Below the pieces are notes generated by a model. The model ran no database searches, was not told the DNA's origin, and saw only the letters and a program-made list of their open reading frames with translations. This document shows positions 31,201 through 40,428 of a DNA stretch of 64,000 nt, piece after piece; position 1 is the first letter of the stretch; each line of letters starts with the position of its first letter. The stretch comes from Calditrichia bacterium (GTDB lineage: Bacteria > Calditrichota > Calditrichia > RBG-13-44-9 > J075): assembly GCA_050633245.1 (NCBI GenBank), contig JBOEGD010000011.1, positions 492,985 to 556,984 of the forward strand. Reading direction: 5' to 3'. A program made the position numbers and the translations under genes.

Positions 31201-31529
31201 CCCTGCGAAGGATTTCCACTGGTTGCCCAAAAGATTGGTAGATTGTTCACCTCCGCTTCATTGGGGCGAGCGTTGGAATTGACCTGCGTACTAATATTAT
31301 ACGCTGCACGATCTCTCAGGCGCGTGTTCGCCCGGTTGTAGGGGGCATCAGCGTCGCTACCCGGTGTCCATGCCAAGAGCTCGTTAGGGAACCAGTATGA
31401 AGTAAAGGGTTGATCGACCGGTAAAAACGCCGACTTGGTTTTATAGATAGAAACGTCGGGCTTGGACGTTTGAGATACAGCTAAGCTTAACAGCAACACA
31501 AGTATAGCTAATGGGCGCAATAATTTCAT
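28233..31529 (-). CDS. Secreted endo-beta-N-acetylglucosaminidase (GH85) with FN3-like, LamG and CTD domains
   Basis: YWQYLD..VFWGG, AAHRNGVPVLGTIF, YYGFDGWFINQET (N-x-E), TNFNTGHG, LQDILPTWRW; LamG WYHVAGSY/IDEVRVWN; QNYPNPFNP. Confidence 0.92.
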   Translation of the reverse strand: MKLLRPLAILVLLLSLAVSQTSKPDVSIYKTKSAFLPVDQPFTSYWFPNELLAWTPGSDADAPYNRANTRLRDRAAYNISTQVNSNARPNEAEVNNLPIFWATSGNPSQGGLDVNYYSYNYWQYLDVLVFWGGSAGEGLILAPNPGIVDAAHRNGVPVLGTIFFPPVVFGGQIQWVQDLLQRSGNTFPVADKLIEVAEYYGFDGWFINQETTGGNAILAADMREFMLYFQRNSNLQLQWYDAMTESGAISWQEQLNSNNDMFFQYSDTVVSEYMFLDFGWTASDLTTTRTNANNLNRSEFDLYAGIDVQANGYNTGVNWASLFPAGQAQRTSVGFYVPSWTYSSASNVADFYTRDNRFWVGANRDPSNTTTTSNWKGLANYIPAKSAATELPFVTNFNTGHGFDYYIDGEKGSPDSWSTTGWNNISLQDILPTWRWVITSTGTPLYPEMDWTDAYYGGNSIKISGDLQSENNLRLYKTELDLTADSRLDIAYKTAAGPTALSIGLRFEDLPLFEEFIALGSATTSDWEMQTLDLSGQAGRKLIEISLRFDAAGINSYDMRLGRLAVYDVNASAPAPASMVSVERKVEESPSEATLRLRWTGSSDEVYYYNIFRVNPDNSRTFLGGTANTAYFVPSVERVGDESTVTLEVIAVGLDFQNATPATTTFTWDVSQQPTVATNPIPGDGETDVTTGIDLNWTAGMGALTHDVYLGTTNPPPFVSNEATTMYDPGVLMPGTVYYWRIDEVNTVGTATGTVWSFTTDNMVVDTTGNALFFDNDYLDLGNDASLQITGQGITLEAWIKASSWQPNVWQGSIMNKEQQGPGNDSGYMLRAGNNGQLNFNLGSGSWNELNSAVGLMQTEVWYHVAGSYNGSEMKIFINGAEVGSTNAGFNLRNSTFDLQVGSSEVSADRNFLGTIDEVRVWNVGRTQEQIQRTMSGQLDPVYYTTADSGLVGYWQFNEGSGQITSDLSVYGNDGTLGSTPGVDAKDPMWVDPAPLVGIEDGLSIPSGYVLEQNYPNPFNPATTIAYSLPQNGQVTIAVYNLLGQRVRLLVDLKQTAGSYQVVWDGRNDAGVSQSSGIYLYRLSGENTQQTQKMILMK

Positions 31530-31642
31530 AAGGTCTCCACTGAATAAGTAAAACATCGCGACTACGACTCATTAAGTTTACGGTACAAACAAATCATAAG
31601 AAGCGTAGCGATCATTGTAAAGATAGATTTTCACTAGTACTG

Positions 31643-32626
31643 CTAATATGGGCCACGAATATGTGCAGTAACCTGCTCTTCATAGAATTGGCGTAGCTGT
31701 TTATGAAGTTTTAAGGAAAGTTGTGGTAGTTCTGAAACGGCGGCATTCATCTGAGCTTGTTCGACACTACTTGCCCCGGGAATGACACAGGAGACTGAAT
31801 CATGGTCCAGTATCCAGCGCAGCGCCATTTGGGCCATTGTAAAGCCTTCCGGAACGAGTGGCTTTATTTGCTCGGCAAACTCAACGCCTTTTGCAAAGGG
31901 CAAACCGGCAAAGGTTTCGCCGACATTGAAGTACTGACCGTCTTTATTGTAATTTCGGTGATCAGTTTCCGGAAACGTTGTGTTGGCGGAGAACTTTCCA
32001 GCGAGAAGCCCGCTTGCGAGAGGTAGGCGCACGATAATACCAACGTTCTTCTGTTTCGCAATTTGAAGTAAGTGGTCGGCTGGCTTCTGCCGGAAGATAT
32101 TAAATATGATTTGTAGAGATTCAATCCCTGGTTGCTGCATACAAAGCAGGCCTTCTTCTATCGTCTCGACACTTGCACCAAAACTACGAATCGTTCCCTC
32201 GCTTTGCAGCTCGCGTAACCAGTTAAAGACAGAACCATCTTCAAGAACGCGCTTTGGAATGCAGTGCAGCTGCAAAAGATCGAGGGATTCAACCGCCAGT
32301 CTGCGACAGGCAGCGTTCACGGCAGTGCGAAGTTCAGCTTGCGTATAATTGTCTGGGAAAACACTGCCGTCCCTGCCAAATTTAGTAGCGACAGTCAGCT
32401 TACCTGTAAAACCCGGGAGGTAGCTACCAATCAATGTCTCGCTACGTCCGGCTCCATACACATCTGCCGTATCGAAAAATGTAGCGCCAGCTTCCGTAGA
32501 AGCCAGCATAATGTCATGAGCTGTCTGCTCTTCCATCGGGCCAAAGTCACCGCCAAACTGCCAGCAGCCGAGTCCTATTTCTGTAACGCGCAATCGTTTT
32601 CCCAGAGCTCTGGTTTTCATGTTCAT
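31643..32626 (-). CDS. Aldo/keto reductase
   Basis: IGLGCWQ, FFDTADVYG, ATKFG, LDLLQLH, ALRWIL, VIPGA. Confidence 0.93.
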   Translation of the reverse strand: MNMKTRALGKRLRVTEIGLGCWQFGGDFGPMEEQTAHDIMLASTEAGATFFDTADVYGAGRSETLIGSYLPGFTGKLTVATKFGRDGSVFPDNYTQAELRTAVNAACRRLAVESLDLLQLHCIPKRVLEDGSVFNWLRELQSEGTIRSFGASVETIEEGLLCMQQPGIESLQIIFNIFRQKPADHLLQIAKQKNVGIIVRLPLASGLLAGKFSANTTFPETDHRNYNKDGQYFNVGETFAGLPFAKGVEFAEQIKPLVPEGFTMAQMALRWILDHDSVSCVIPGASSVEQAQMNAAVSELPQLSLKLHKQLRQFYEEQVTAHIRGPY

Positions 32627-32680
32627 CTCACCTTTTAGTTCCGCTGAACAATACCAAGTCCCGAGAATAGAATCAAGAGT

Positions 32681-35140
32681 TTATCGGAGCAACAACATTT
32701 TTCGACTGAGAAGCTGCTCGGAAGACGCTCGCGGCACTGTATGAAGCCGATAGAAATATATACCGCTGGCTACCAATTCACCAAAATCGCTTCGGCCGTC
32801 CCACACGACTGAATTCTGACCTGCCTGTTGAACACCATTTACGATAGAGCGCACCTGCCGACCAAGCATATCGTATACAGTCAAATCAACTTGGGCTGCA
32901 GATGGGAGAAAAAAATCAATCTTAGTGGAAGGGTTAAACGGGTTTGGATAGTTTTGATCTAAGTGCATAGATTCAGACACCACATGCTCACTAGGGGAAT
33001 ATATTCCAACCGGTCCAGACTGAAGATATGATGAAAAACGCCCGAAGAGGCTATCTGCAATATTATCCGGAGATGCTTGTAATTCATATCCGACTATTAC
33101 AACTCTACCACCAAATCCGCTATCATCAAAATTTATCCCTCCAACCTCCAATGTATCATCAGGGACGTTCCCATAGGAAAACAGGTAGCTTGATTCAGGA
33201 TGTGTAGACCGCATCCGATCTTTTGAAGGTTGCTGTGCTGCACTAACAGCAAATATGAGATCTGAGGTAAGTGGATTATTCTGAAAACCCCTGACAAGCG
33301 GATTCGTTCCGACATAATCTCCATCATATATGATTTGCAGTGTCGAGTTAAAAAATGGAGCGTCGAAATTATTTTCTACAACATCCTGACCACTGAAAAG
33401 CAAATGATGCCCTTTTTGAACACTTTTCTCCAAACTATCGAGTACGGCGGAAGTCATGCTGGAGTCATCATTTGCACCTATCCAAATCAAACTATTTGTT
33501 TTTGTATACTCTAATATTTCAGGTGAATATGAACGCGTATCCCCTTCACGCTGCTGAAACCGCGATTGAATGTTATTTCTTTTAAGATTTGCAATGGCGC
33601 TTCCGGCACTTGATTTATTAATCGCTGATACCAGCACATCGGCACGCTCCAACGCAATAGCATAATTACTGTCTACCGATACATTCTGAACAACATATGG
33701 CAACAATGGCAACGTTTCAGGTGTTATAACCAGTGAATCGAACTGATTAAGAGAAGACAAACTATCAAATTGAAAAGCACCTGAGACACCAAGTGAAACA
33801 TTTTCATTAATTCGAAAGCCGACTTCATTTTTGTAGTAGATCCTTGCATCTCCAACAAGCGGAAACGGTACATCTGTGGACACACTGCCCTGCAAACTGA
33901 CTAACCTTCGATTAATCGGCATTATCACATCAAGAGAAGTTGTTTGTCCTTCTATCACCTGGACATTCGTTACTTGAACAACGCTGGCGCCGGGGGTCTC
34001 CACGTTTAGAGTATATGTACCGGCAGGAAGATGCATTTCATAACTACCGGTCGTATTGTTAACTGATAAGACGTCTCCGGTTAGATTTACTCGAATTTCC
34101 GCAAGCAACAATGGCCTAACGCCTGAGCTATCCAGCACAGAACCGGCAATAGTTCCATAAGGCTGCTGGTCAACCCGATAGAGCGTGTTATCATTCAGAA
34201 CATAGACCGAGCTATCTTTAGCTACTTTAATCATTTTCACATAAACAAAAGCCGGCAACCCTCCTGCACCAACTTGCTGAAAGCTCATCCCGTGATCATA
34301 TGATGCCCAGAGACCTTGTTCATTAGAAGATGCAGCCAATGTTCCAATATACACATTACCGTTAACAGGATTTGGTTGCATACCCCACATTCCGATATCA
34401 AGTGGCCCGGCATTTATCCAGGTTTCGCCGAAATCTACCGTACGAAAGCAGGAATAAACTCCCGAGAAAGTCGATGCATAACCAAGAGCTGGGTTTGCCG
34501 GATCCCACTCAACCTTAGGCGTTTCTAAGGTATAGCCATCTTCTTGGCGAGCCATAGTCCAGGTAAAGCCACCATCGATTGTTCGCGTGATCCTTCCAGA
34601 TCCTGCGCCCGCAATTATTAATCCCGATATTGTGGGATGTGGGGCAATTGAACAGGCAATCGGTGTTCCGAGGTTTGAACGAACTGCCCAGGTTTCTCCG
34701 GCATCCTCACTTACATAAAAATCTCCGGTTAAGAATTCTGCGATATATGCGATTTGTGGATTTATCGGATCAAAAGCTAACGTTTCTCCATTCATGCTTA
34801 TTTGCTGCAAAACCTGCGTCCAAGTATAGCCACCATCCGCGGAACGATAAAGTTCATTCGAATGCAGGAGAATTATACTGGTATCCGCCGGAGAAACGGA
34901 CATACTTTTTCGCCTTCCGAATGGTAGAATACCGCGATTCTGCCAGTTCTCACCCGAATCTTTACTCACCATAAAAGTATCACCCTTCAAAGTATAGACA
35001 ACAGAGTGATCGATCGGGTTAAGAGCGATACAATCTGTATTAAGCCCACGAAGTTTACTAACCCATTGATCTTGAATTTGCGCAGAAAGGTTAAGGTTTA
35101 ACGCAAAAAGCATTACGCACATTATCGAAAAACATTTCAT
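32681..35140 (-). CDS. Secreted BNR/Asp-box beta-propeller protein with carboxypeptidase-regulatory-like domain and CTD
   Basis: Repeated S.D.G.TW boxes (SKDSGENW, SADGGYTW, SEDAGETW, TIDGGFTW); LPAGTYTL; QNYPNPFNP. Confidence 0.82.
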   Translation of the reverse strand: MKCFSIMCVMLFALNLNLSAQIQDQWVSKLRGLNTDCIALNPIDHSVVYTLKGDTFMVSKDSGENWQNRGILPFGRRKSMSVSPADTSIILLHSNELYRSADGGYTWTQVLQQISMNGETLAFDPINPQIAYIAEFLTGDFYVSEDAGETWAVRSNLGTPIACSIAPHPTISGLIIAGAGSGRITRTIDGGFTWTMARQEDGYTLETPKVEWDPANPALGYASTFSGVYSCFRTVDFGETWINAGPLDIGMWGMQPNPVNGNVYIGTLAASSNEQGLWASYDHGMSFQQVGAGGLPAFVYVKMIKVAKDSSVYVLNDNTLYRVDQQPYGTIAGSVLDSSGVRPLLLAEIRVNLTGDVLSVNNTTGSYEMHLPAGTYTLNVETPGASVVQVTNVQVIEGQTTSLDVIMPINRRLVSLQGSVSTDVPFPLVGDARIYYKNEVGFRINENVSLGVSGAFQFDSLSSLNQFDSLVITPETLPLLPYVVQNVSVDSNYAIALERADVLVSAINKSSAGSAIANLKRNNIQSRFQQREGDTRSYSPEILEYTKTNSLIWIGANDDSSMTSAVLDSLEKSVQKGHHLLFSGQDVVENNFDAPFFNSTLQIIYDGDYVGTNPLVRGFQNNPLTSDLIFAVSAAQQPSKDRMRSTHPESSYLFSYGNVPDDTLEVGGINFDDSGFGGRVVIVGYELQASPDNIADSLFGRFSSYLQSGPVGIYSPSEHVVSESMHLDQNYPNPFNPSTKIDFFLPSAAQVDLTVYDMLGRQVRSIVNGVQQAGQNSVVWDGRSDFGELVASGIYFYRLHTVPRASSEQLLSRKMLLLR

Positions 35141-35293
35141 AATGAACTCCCGGGAGGTTAAACACGCTTGAAAAGTTATCATCAATTAATTCGAACCACG
35201 ATTGTCATTTTCTGAAAAAAGAGGAGAATTCTTTAGCTTTATTTCGATAGCTTTCCAGAGTTATGGAATTAAATCATTTACCTGGAGAATTTT

Positions 35294-35773
35294 ATGAACA
35301 AGCATGAGATGCCAACAATGATAGATGCAATTGACAAACGTATCACACACTGGCTGGCAAAGCACAGTCTGCCAATACTTCGCATAGGTTTGGGTATAAT
35401 TTTCTTTTGGTTCGGCGCGCTAAAATTCTTTCCGGGACTAAGTCCCGCAGAGAGCCTGGTACGCAATACCGTGTATTTTGTAGATCCGAATTGGTTTATC
35501 CCCATTTTAGCGGCCTGGGAATGCCTGATCGGATTAGGTTTAATATTTGGCAAGTTCATGCGAACAACGCTGCTGCTATTGTTTTTACAAATGCCGGGAA
35601 CAGCATTGCCACTCGTTTTACTTCCGGATGTAGTATGGAACGTCTTTCCATTTGGCTTAACAATGGAAGGTCAATACATCATAAAGAACCTGGTATTAAT
35701 TGGTGCTGCGCTTGTGCTCGGTGCAGGCGTGCGCGGTGGAGGATTAACGGATGAACCGATTACGCTGAAATAA
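35294..35773 (+). CDS. DoxX/DUF417-like membrane protein
   Basis: [26 protein letters not shown]. Confidence 0.82.
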   Translation: MNKHEMPTMIDAIDKRITHWLAKHSLPILRIGLGIIFFWFGALKFFPGLSPAESLVRNTVYFVDPNWFIPILAAWECLIGLGLIFGKFMRTTLLLLFLQMPGTALPLVLLPDVVWNVFPFGLTMEGQYIIKNLVLIGAALVLGAGVRGGGLTDEPITLK

Positions 35774-35854
35774 TATTTTTTCCTGGAATTAGCCCTAATC
35801 GTGGTAAAGCCTCGTTTTAAATGGACGATAATTTTTTCAACAAGGGAGATTGCC

Positions 35855-36364
35855 ATGATTGAGTTTGATTTTAGCGCTGCGGTGCAACCTACATTTATTA
35901 CACAGACTGAGACCTCCTCCAGTCGTCCCGGTGAGTTAACAGAAGAGGAGCAGCAAAAAGTTGCGGAGATGAAGAAGCGTGATCAGGAAGTGCGCGCACA
36001 CGAGCAGGCTCATCTTGCTGCTGCCGGAAGTCTTGCAATGGGTGGAGCCACCTACGAATATGAGGTTGGTCCGGATGGCAGACGCTACGCAGTTGCGGGA
36101 TCTGTTGCGATTGATACGGAAAAGGTTCCGGGTGACCCGAAGGCAACTTTGGAAAAAGCCAAACGGATTCAACGAGCTGCGCTTGCTCCACAGGATCCAT
36201 CCCCACAGGATCGCAAAGTTGCAGCTGAAGCAAAGCAAATGGAGATGGAAGCACAGCAACAAATAAACGCCGAGAATCAAAAGAGCCTTACCAGCGCATA
36301 CAATCAATCTGGTGAAGCAACCGAGTTAAATCCCGTTCTCTCAACCTTCGCAATGACCGTTTAA
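35855..36364 (+). CDS. SprA-related family putative metalloprotease
   Basis: RDQEVRAHEQAH, GPDGRRYAV.G.V.ID, RAALAP.DPS.QD.KVAA; RBS AGGGAG. Confidence 0.85.
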   Translation: MIEFDFSAAVQPTFITQTETSSSRPGELTEEEQQKVAEMKKRDQEVRAHEQAHLAAAGSLAMGGATYEYEVGPDGRRYAVAGSVAIDTEKVPGDPKATLEKAKRIQRAALAPQDPSPQDRKVAAEAKQMEMEAQQQINAENQKSLTSAYNQSGEATELNPVLSTFAMTV

Positions 36365-37998
36365 CGGATTAGCAGCATTTTGCTACTTTTGCTACTGGTA
36401 TGTGATTCACCGTTCAGGGTCAGCCGGTAAAAATAGAGGCCTGAGCTAACCGGCAATCCAGCGTCTGATAATCCATTCCACTGTGCAGTGTATTCACCTG
36501 CGACCTGTTCACTATTTAAGAGCAACCTCACTCTCTCACCCAACGTATTTTGCACCTCCAACGTCACCAGTCCTTGTCGCAGCAATTCGTAGCGAATAGT
36601 TGTTGTCGGGTTAAATGGATTGGGGTAATTTTGCAATAGTTCAAATCCGCTTATTTCTTGCTGATCAACATGGTTAATGCCAGTGATCGGGACTTCAAAC
36701 GAATTACTTATCCCTGTTCCGCTATTTTGCAAGCCTGCAAGATCGGCAACTGTTGCAATCGTGGCTTTAACGACATTTGTCATAAACCTTAAGTCCAGCG
36801 TCGCGATGGAATCTCCGGGTTGATGATAATTTGGGTTTCGAAATTCCGAGCCATCCGTCAGCATCAGCGCTTTATAGCCAGCGTCCCAAAACTGCGCGTG
36901 GTCACTGCGTCGCAGATCCGGTGCAATTTGTCCATTACCCGGAACCGCCAGAGAAATGACGCGTAATTCGGGTACATACTCTGCTGCCAGACTATCAAAT
37001 GCGAAGCGCAAAGAGTTAGAAGCTTCGTTTGCAACATTGGTAATGAAGTCGCCTCTAAAATCATTTGCAGCAACGCTATCCGCCGCCGCCGGGAAAAGAA
37101 TATCGAAGCCATTTGGCAATGACTGACATCCGGGTATATCGCAATAAAAGCCAATCATTTCAAAATTGAATACGCCGGCCGTCTCCTCATAAGACGGGAT
37201 ACCGTTTGCCACATAATTCCCTGCACCTATCAGCCCGGCTTCTTCCAGATCAAATCCGATAAAGCGAATGCTTCTCCGAAAAGAATAAGCGCTTAAAATA
37301 CGTGCAGCTTCCAACACACCGGCAACACCGGACGCATTATCGTCTGCGCCAGGGGTGTTCGTTTGAGAATCAAAGTGTGCATCAATAATAAAAGTGGTCG
37401 CTTCATCGGGCCGCCCCGGAAGGCGTCCAATGATGTTGGCAGCCTGATAACTTCCGAGCTGCCACTCCTGACGATACGACTGCAATCCAACCGCACTAAA
37501 GCGATTTTCAAGCGTGTCTTTTACCGCTTCCAAATGGACAGGACCTGCAGTGCGGTGACGTGTTTTGGCAAGGAACGTTAAATCGTTACGCAATCGCATA
37601 CTATCCACTTGCGATACAATGTTCTGGATGTCCACTGGCTTGCGGTCATCAGCGATGACCTTAGCCACCAGACTTTGTTGATTCAGATTGAATGTCGATT
37701 GTTCATAATGCCAAAGAATCGTTTTTCCCGATCCAGCGAAAACCGGGAAACCAGCATCACCGCTAAGTGAGTCCGGGTTTAATAGATAGGTTTCACCATT
37801 ATCGCTTGAAAGACGTAGGCTTACTTCCATCGAATCGGATTCTACGTCCTGTAAATCAAATGTAAAACTAACGATGGATTGAAGGGTGTCTACAACGGCG
37901 GAAACGCCGCTTACAGTTGGTGGCTGACTTTGAGCAAAGAGAGATTGGGTGGTCGCTAATAAGACGGCGACGCAAAACAAAAACGTTTTTTTGCGCAT
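36361..37998 (-). CDS. Secreted M28 family metallopeptidase with CTD
   Basis: AHFDS, GADDNASG, EEAGL, NFEMIG, RSDH, YHQPGD; QNYPNPFNP. Confidence 0.92.
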   Translation of the reverse strand: MRKKTFLFCVAVLLATTQSLFAQSQPPTVSGVSAVVDTLQSIVSFTFDLQDVESDSMEVSLRLSSDNGETYLLNPDSLSGDAGFPVFAGSGKTILWHYEQSTFNLNQQSLVAKVIADDRKPVDIQNIVSQVDSMRLRNDLTFLAKTRHRTAGPVHLEAVKDTLENRFSAVGLQSYRQEWQLGSYQAANIIGRLPGRPDEATTFIIDAHFDSQTNTPGADDNASGVAGVLEAARILSAYSFRRSIRFIGFDLEEAGLIGAGNYVANGIPSYEETAGVFNFEMIGFYCDIPGCQSLPNGFDILFPAAADSVAANDFRGDFITNVANEASNSLRFAFDSLAAEYVPELRVISLAVPGNGQIAPDLRRSDHAQFWDAGYKALMLTDGSEFRNPNYHQPGDSIATLDLRFMTNVVKATIATVADLAGLQNSGTGISNSFEVPITGINHVDQQEISGFELLQNYPNPFNPTTTIRYELLRQGLVTLEVQNTLGERVRLLLNSEQVAGEYTAQWNGLSDAGLPVSSGLYFYRLTLNGESHTSSKSSKMLLIR

Positions 37999-38112
37999 AA
38001 CAAGTCCTTGAGTGGGGTGAGTAACGCAAAATACGCGACTCAGAGGTCATTGTCAAGACGCTCCAACGATCCAGATATATGATCTTATTCTTCAAACGCT
38101 TGTCGCAACGAT

Positions 38113-38805
38113 TTATCTACTATTAAAATACTGCTCAACGCCGTCATCTACGGGAAATAAAAAACCGGTTTCCCAAGCTAAATAAACCAGGATCATGCTA
38201 ATACAAGCTAGCGGAATAATGATCGAAAAGAGAGTCTTTAGAATCCCCATCTTACCGGCAAAATGAAAGCTGCCCTGTCGATTGACATCCAAAGAGGCAG
38301 GTAGGTTGTCCAGCGCCAGAGCATACTGCGTATCGCGCGGATCGTACACAATCGGTTCCTCTGCATCATCTTCCAGTTTCTCTGCGAGATGTGTTCGTTC
38401 TAGAATCTGATGCGTCATGCTGTCCGCTTCATACTCTATTGTATAGGCAAAGACAGTGCGATTGTTGATACGAGTGTTCGTCGCTTCTTTCTTAGTGATT
38501 TTTCCGAAAGTCAGTTCACCATTTTTAAGCAGGTAAAGGGCGTGAAGTCCTTTATTAAGTCCCTGCCGTAAAAAGTAGACTCCAATGAAGAGAAATATCA
38601 GCGGAATTCCTGAGATAAGGAGACGCTCAAGTCGACCAACGGGTTCCTCCATTACAACCTGGGAGAAGATTCCAACACCAAGAAATCCTACCGTTGTAAA
38701 TATCCAGCCGAATTGATTATTAAATCCACCAAACAACATCGTCAGTTTCACAGCAAGTGATGTCTGGCGCGGTGGTAATGCGAGATCTTTCCTGAAGTTT
38801 CGCAT
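38113..38805 (-). CDS. Membrane protein, DUF3592-like
   Basis: TM helices around G.I......TRINN...Y..EY, YDP motif. Confidence 0.6.
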   Translation of the reverse strand: MRNFRKDLALPPRQTSLAVKLTMLFGGFNNQFGWIFTTVGFLGVGIFSQVVMEEPVGRLERLLISGIPLIFLFIGVYFLRQGLNKGLHALYLLKNGELTFGKITKKEATNTRINNRTVFAYTIEYEADSMTHQILERTHLAEKLEDDAEEPIVYDPRDTQYALALDNLPASLDVNRQGSFHFAGKMGILKTLFSIIIPLACISMILVYLAWETGFLFPVDDGVEQYFNSR

Positions 38806-38810
38806 AGACG

Positions 38811-40415
38811 CTACCCTTCATACATTTTTTTGTCGATTTGCATCATCTGCTGATCCATATAGCACCATAACCAGGTTTCGTTTGGTTCAAAGGATTGCAC
38901 AACCGCATGCTTCGTTCCATGATAATGTTTCGTCGCATGTTTATTTTTAGACGAATCGCAGCAGCCAACATGTCCACACTCCACACAAATTCGCAGATGT
39001 ACCCAGCGATCGCCGCTTTGCAGGCACTCCTCGCAACCACTGGTTTGCGGCGTTACCATTTTCAAACTCTGCATATGTCGACAGGGTTCTTGCACATCTT
39101 CCTCCTTTGAAAAACTCAATAGTTTGAATGAGAGAAAAAAGACCCCGGAAAATATGACAGCCGAGATCAAAAATGTCACTTCACCAGCATATTCATAGAG
39201 GATTCCGCCGATCAGCAAACCAATGATACTAGCCATACTTCCACAACTGCTGGCAACACCTTGAACGGCCCCCTGATTTCTGGAGCTCGAAGCGTTTGAG
39301 AGAAGTGCCAAAATTGATGGCCACATAATCCCATTGCCCAGCGCAAAAAATACGGCCGCAATATACACAGCGGTATCTGAAGAAAAATAATAAAGTAGAA
39401 AACACCATATTAGAAGAAAGCTACCGGCAATTGCCAACGTAGCTTCAGCGAACTTACCGGAAAGGAATCTCAGCACAGGCCCCTGAACAACGACCATAAG
39501 GATTCCGAGGAAGGAAAAGAATGTCCCAGTGTCGGTTAGCTGCCAATTCAATCCGCGAATAGCATGCACAGGAAAGGTCACATAGAACAGATTAAAGCCC
39601 AGGAACACCAAAAAATAAAGCGTGAGCATTAATGGCACGTGCTTTATCTTCAAAACGCCACTAAAAGTCAATTTCTCTTCACAGTCAATTTCATAGCAAT
39701 CTTTCAGCTCTTGACCTAAAATACGTCTGACGCTGTCACCTTCTGCCTCTATTGCAACGACAGGTTCAGGTTTCGATTCTGGAAGCAAAAGCGCAATAAT
39801 GAATACCGCAGCTACAGAAATACCGATGGTGGCAAGAATCGGTAGTTTTTCAGCATATTGCGTCGCTCCCAGTAATCCGGCTATCGCAGGTCCAAAGATG
39901 AAGCCAAGGTTTGCAGCAACAGCCATCCGGCCAAAGTTTTCACTACGATGATCAGCATCTGTAATATCGCTGAGATAGGCGTAAGCAACAGAAACATTTC
40001 CACCGGTAATACCATCCAACGCACGGGCAAAGAACAACGCGATCAATGGCAAGGTCAACGTAAACGTGCCAATTAAGTCAGAGCTGACATTCGTAATTGT
40101 TTGAACCGGCAGAAACATTGCTCCAAGAAAAATAAGCCATGACAGCAAGGTACCTAACTGACTAAGCAACAAAATTTTTCGACGTCCATGGGTATCAGAC
40201 CAGCGGCCCAGAATCGGTGCGCCAATCAGCTGAAATGCAGAATATGTCGCGCCAAGTATGCCATAGACTACGGCATTTCCGCCGAACCCGGTGACCAAAA
40301 AGATCAGGAATGGCAGAACGATACTGAAACCGAGCGAGCCGACAAAATTCACGGCAAGAATTGGCAGCAGCGAAGGTTTTTCGTTTGTTTTAATATCTAA
40401 TGGTAAAGATGCCAG
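38811..40415 (-). CDS. TetA-like MFS transporter fused to a C-terminal UBP-type zinc finger
   Basis: Motif A GRWSDTHGRR, ARALDGITGGN; C-terminal C.H...CEEC...WVHLRICVECGHVGCCDSS.NKHATKH...WLWCY.D. ORF track starts at GTG 40352; the extension to CTG 40415 is proposed. Confidence 0.88.
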   Translation of the reverse strand: MASLPLDIKTNEKPSLLPILAVNFVGSLGFSIVLPFLIFLVTGFGGNAVVYGILGATYSAFQLIGAPILGRWSDTHGRRKILLLSQLGTLLSWLIFLGAMFLPVQTITNVSSDLIGTFTLTLPLIALFFARALDGITGGNVSVAYAYLSDITDADHRSENFGRMAVAANLGFIFGPAIAGLLGATQYAEKLPILATIGISVAAVFIIALLLPESKPEPVVAIEAEGDSVRRILGQELKDCYEIDCEEKLTFSGVLKIKHVPLMLTLYFLVFLGFNLFYVTFPVHAIRGLNWQLTDTGTFFSFLGILMVVVQGPVLRFLSGKFAEATLAIAGSFLLIWCFLLYYFSSDTAVYIAAVFFALGNGIMWPSILALLSNASSSRNQGAVQGVASSCGSMASIIGLLIGGILYEYAGEVTFLISAVIFSGVFFLSFKLLSFSKEEDVQEPCRHMQSLKMVTPQTSGCEECLQSGDRWVHLRICVECGHVGCCDSSKNKHATKHYHGTKHAVVQSFEPNETWLWCYMDQQMMQIDKKMYEG

Positions 40416-40428
40416 AATGCCCGCCTTA

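Noticed and set aside
35855-36364. Treating the SprA-related protein as the T9SS translocon SprA
   Set aside because: Name similarity only; the translocon is a barrel of over 2000 aa.
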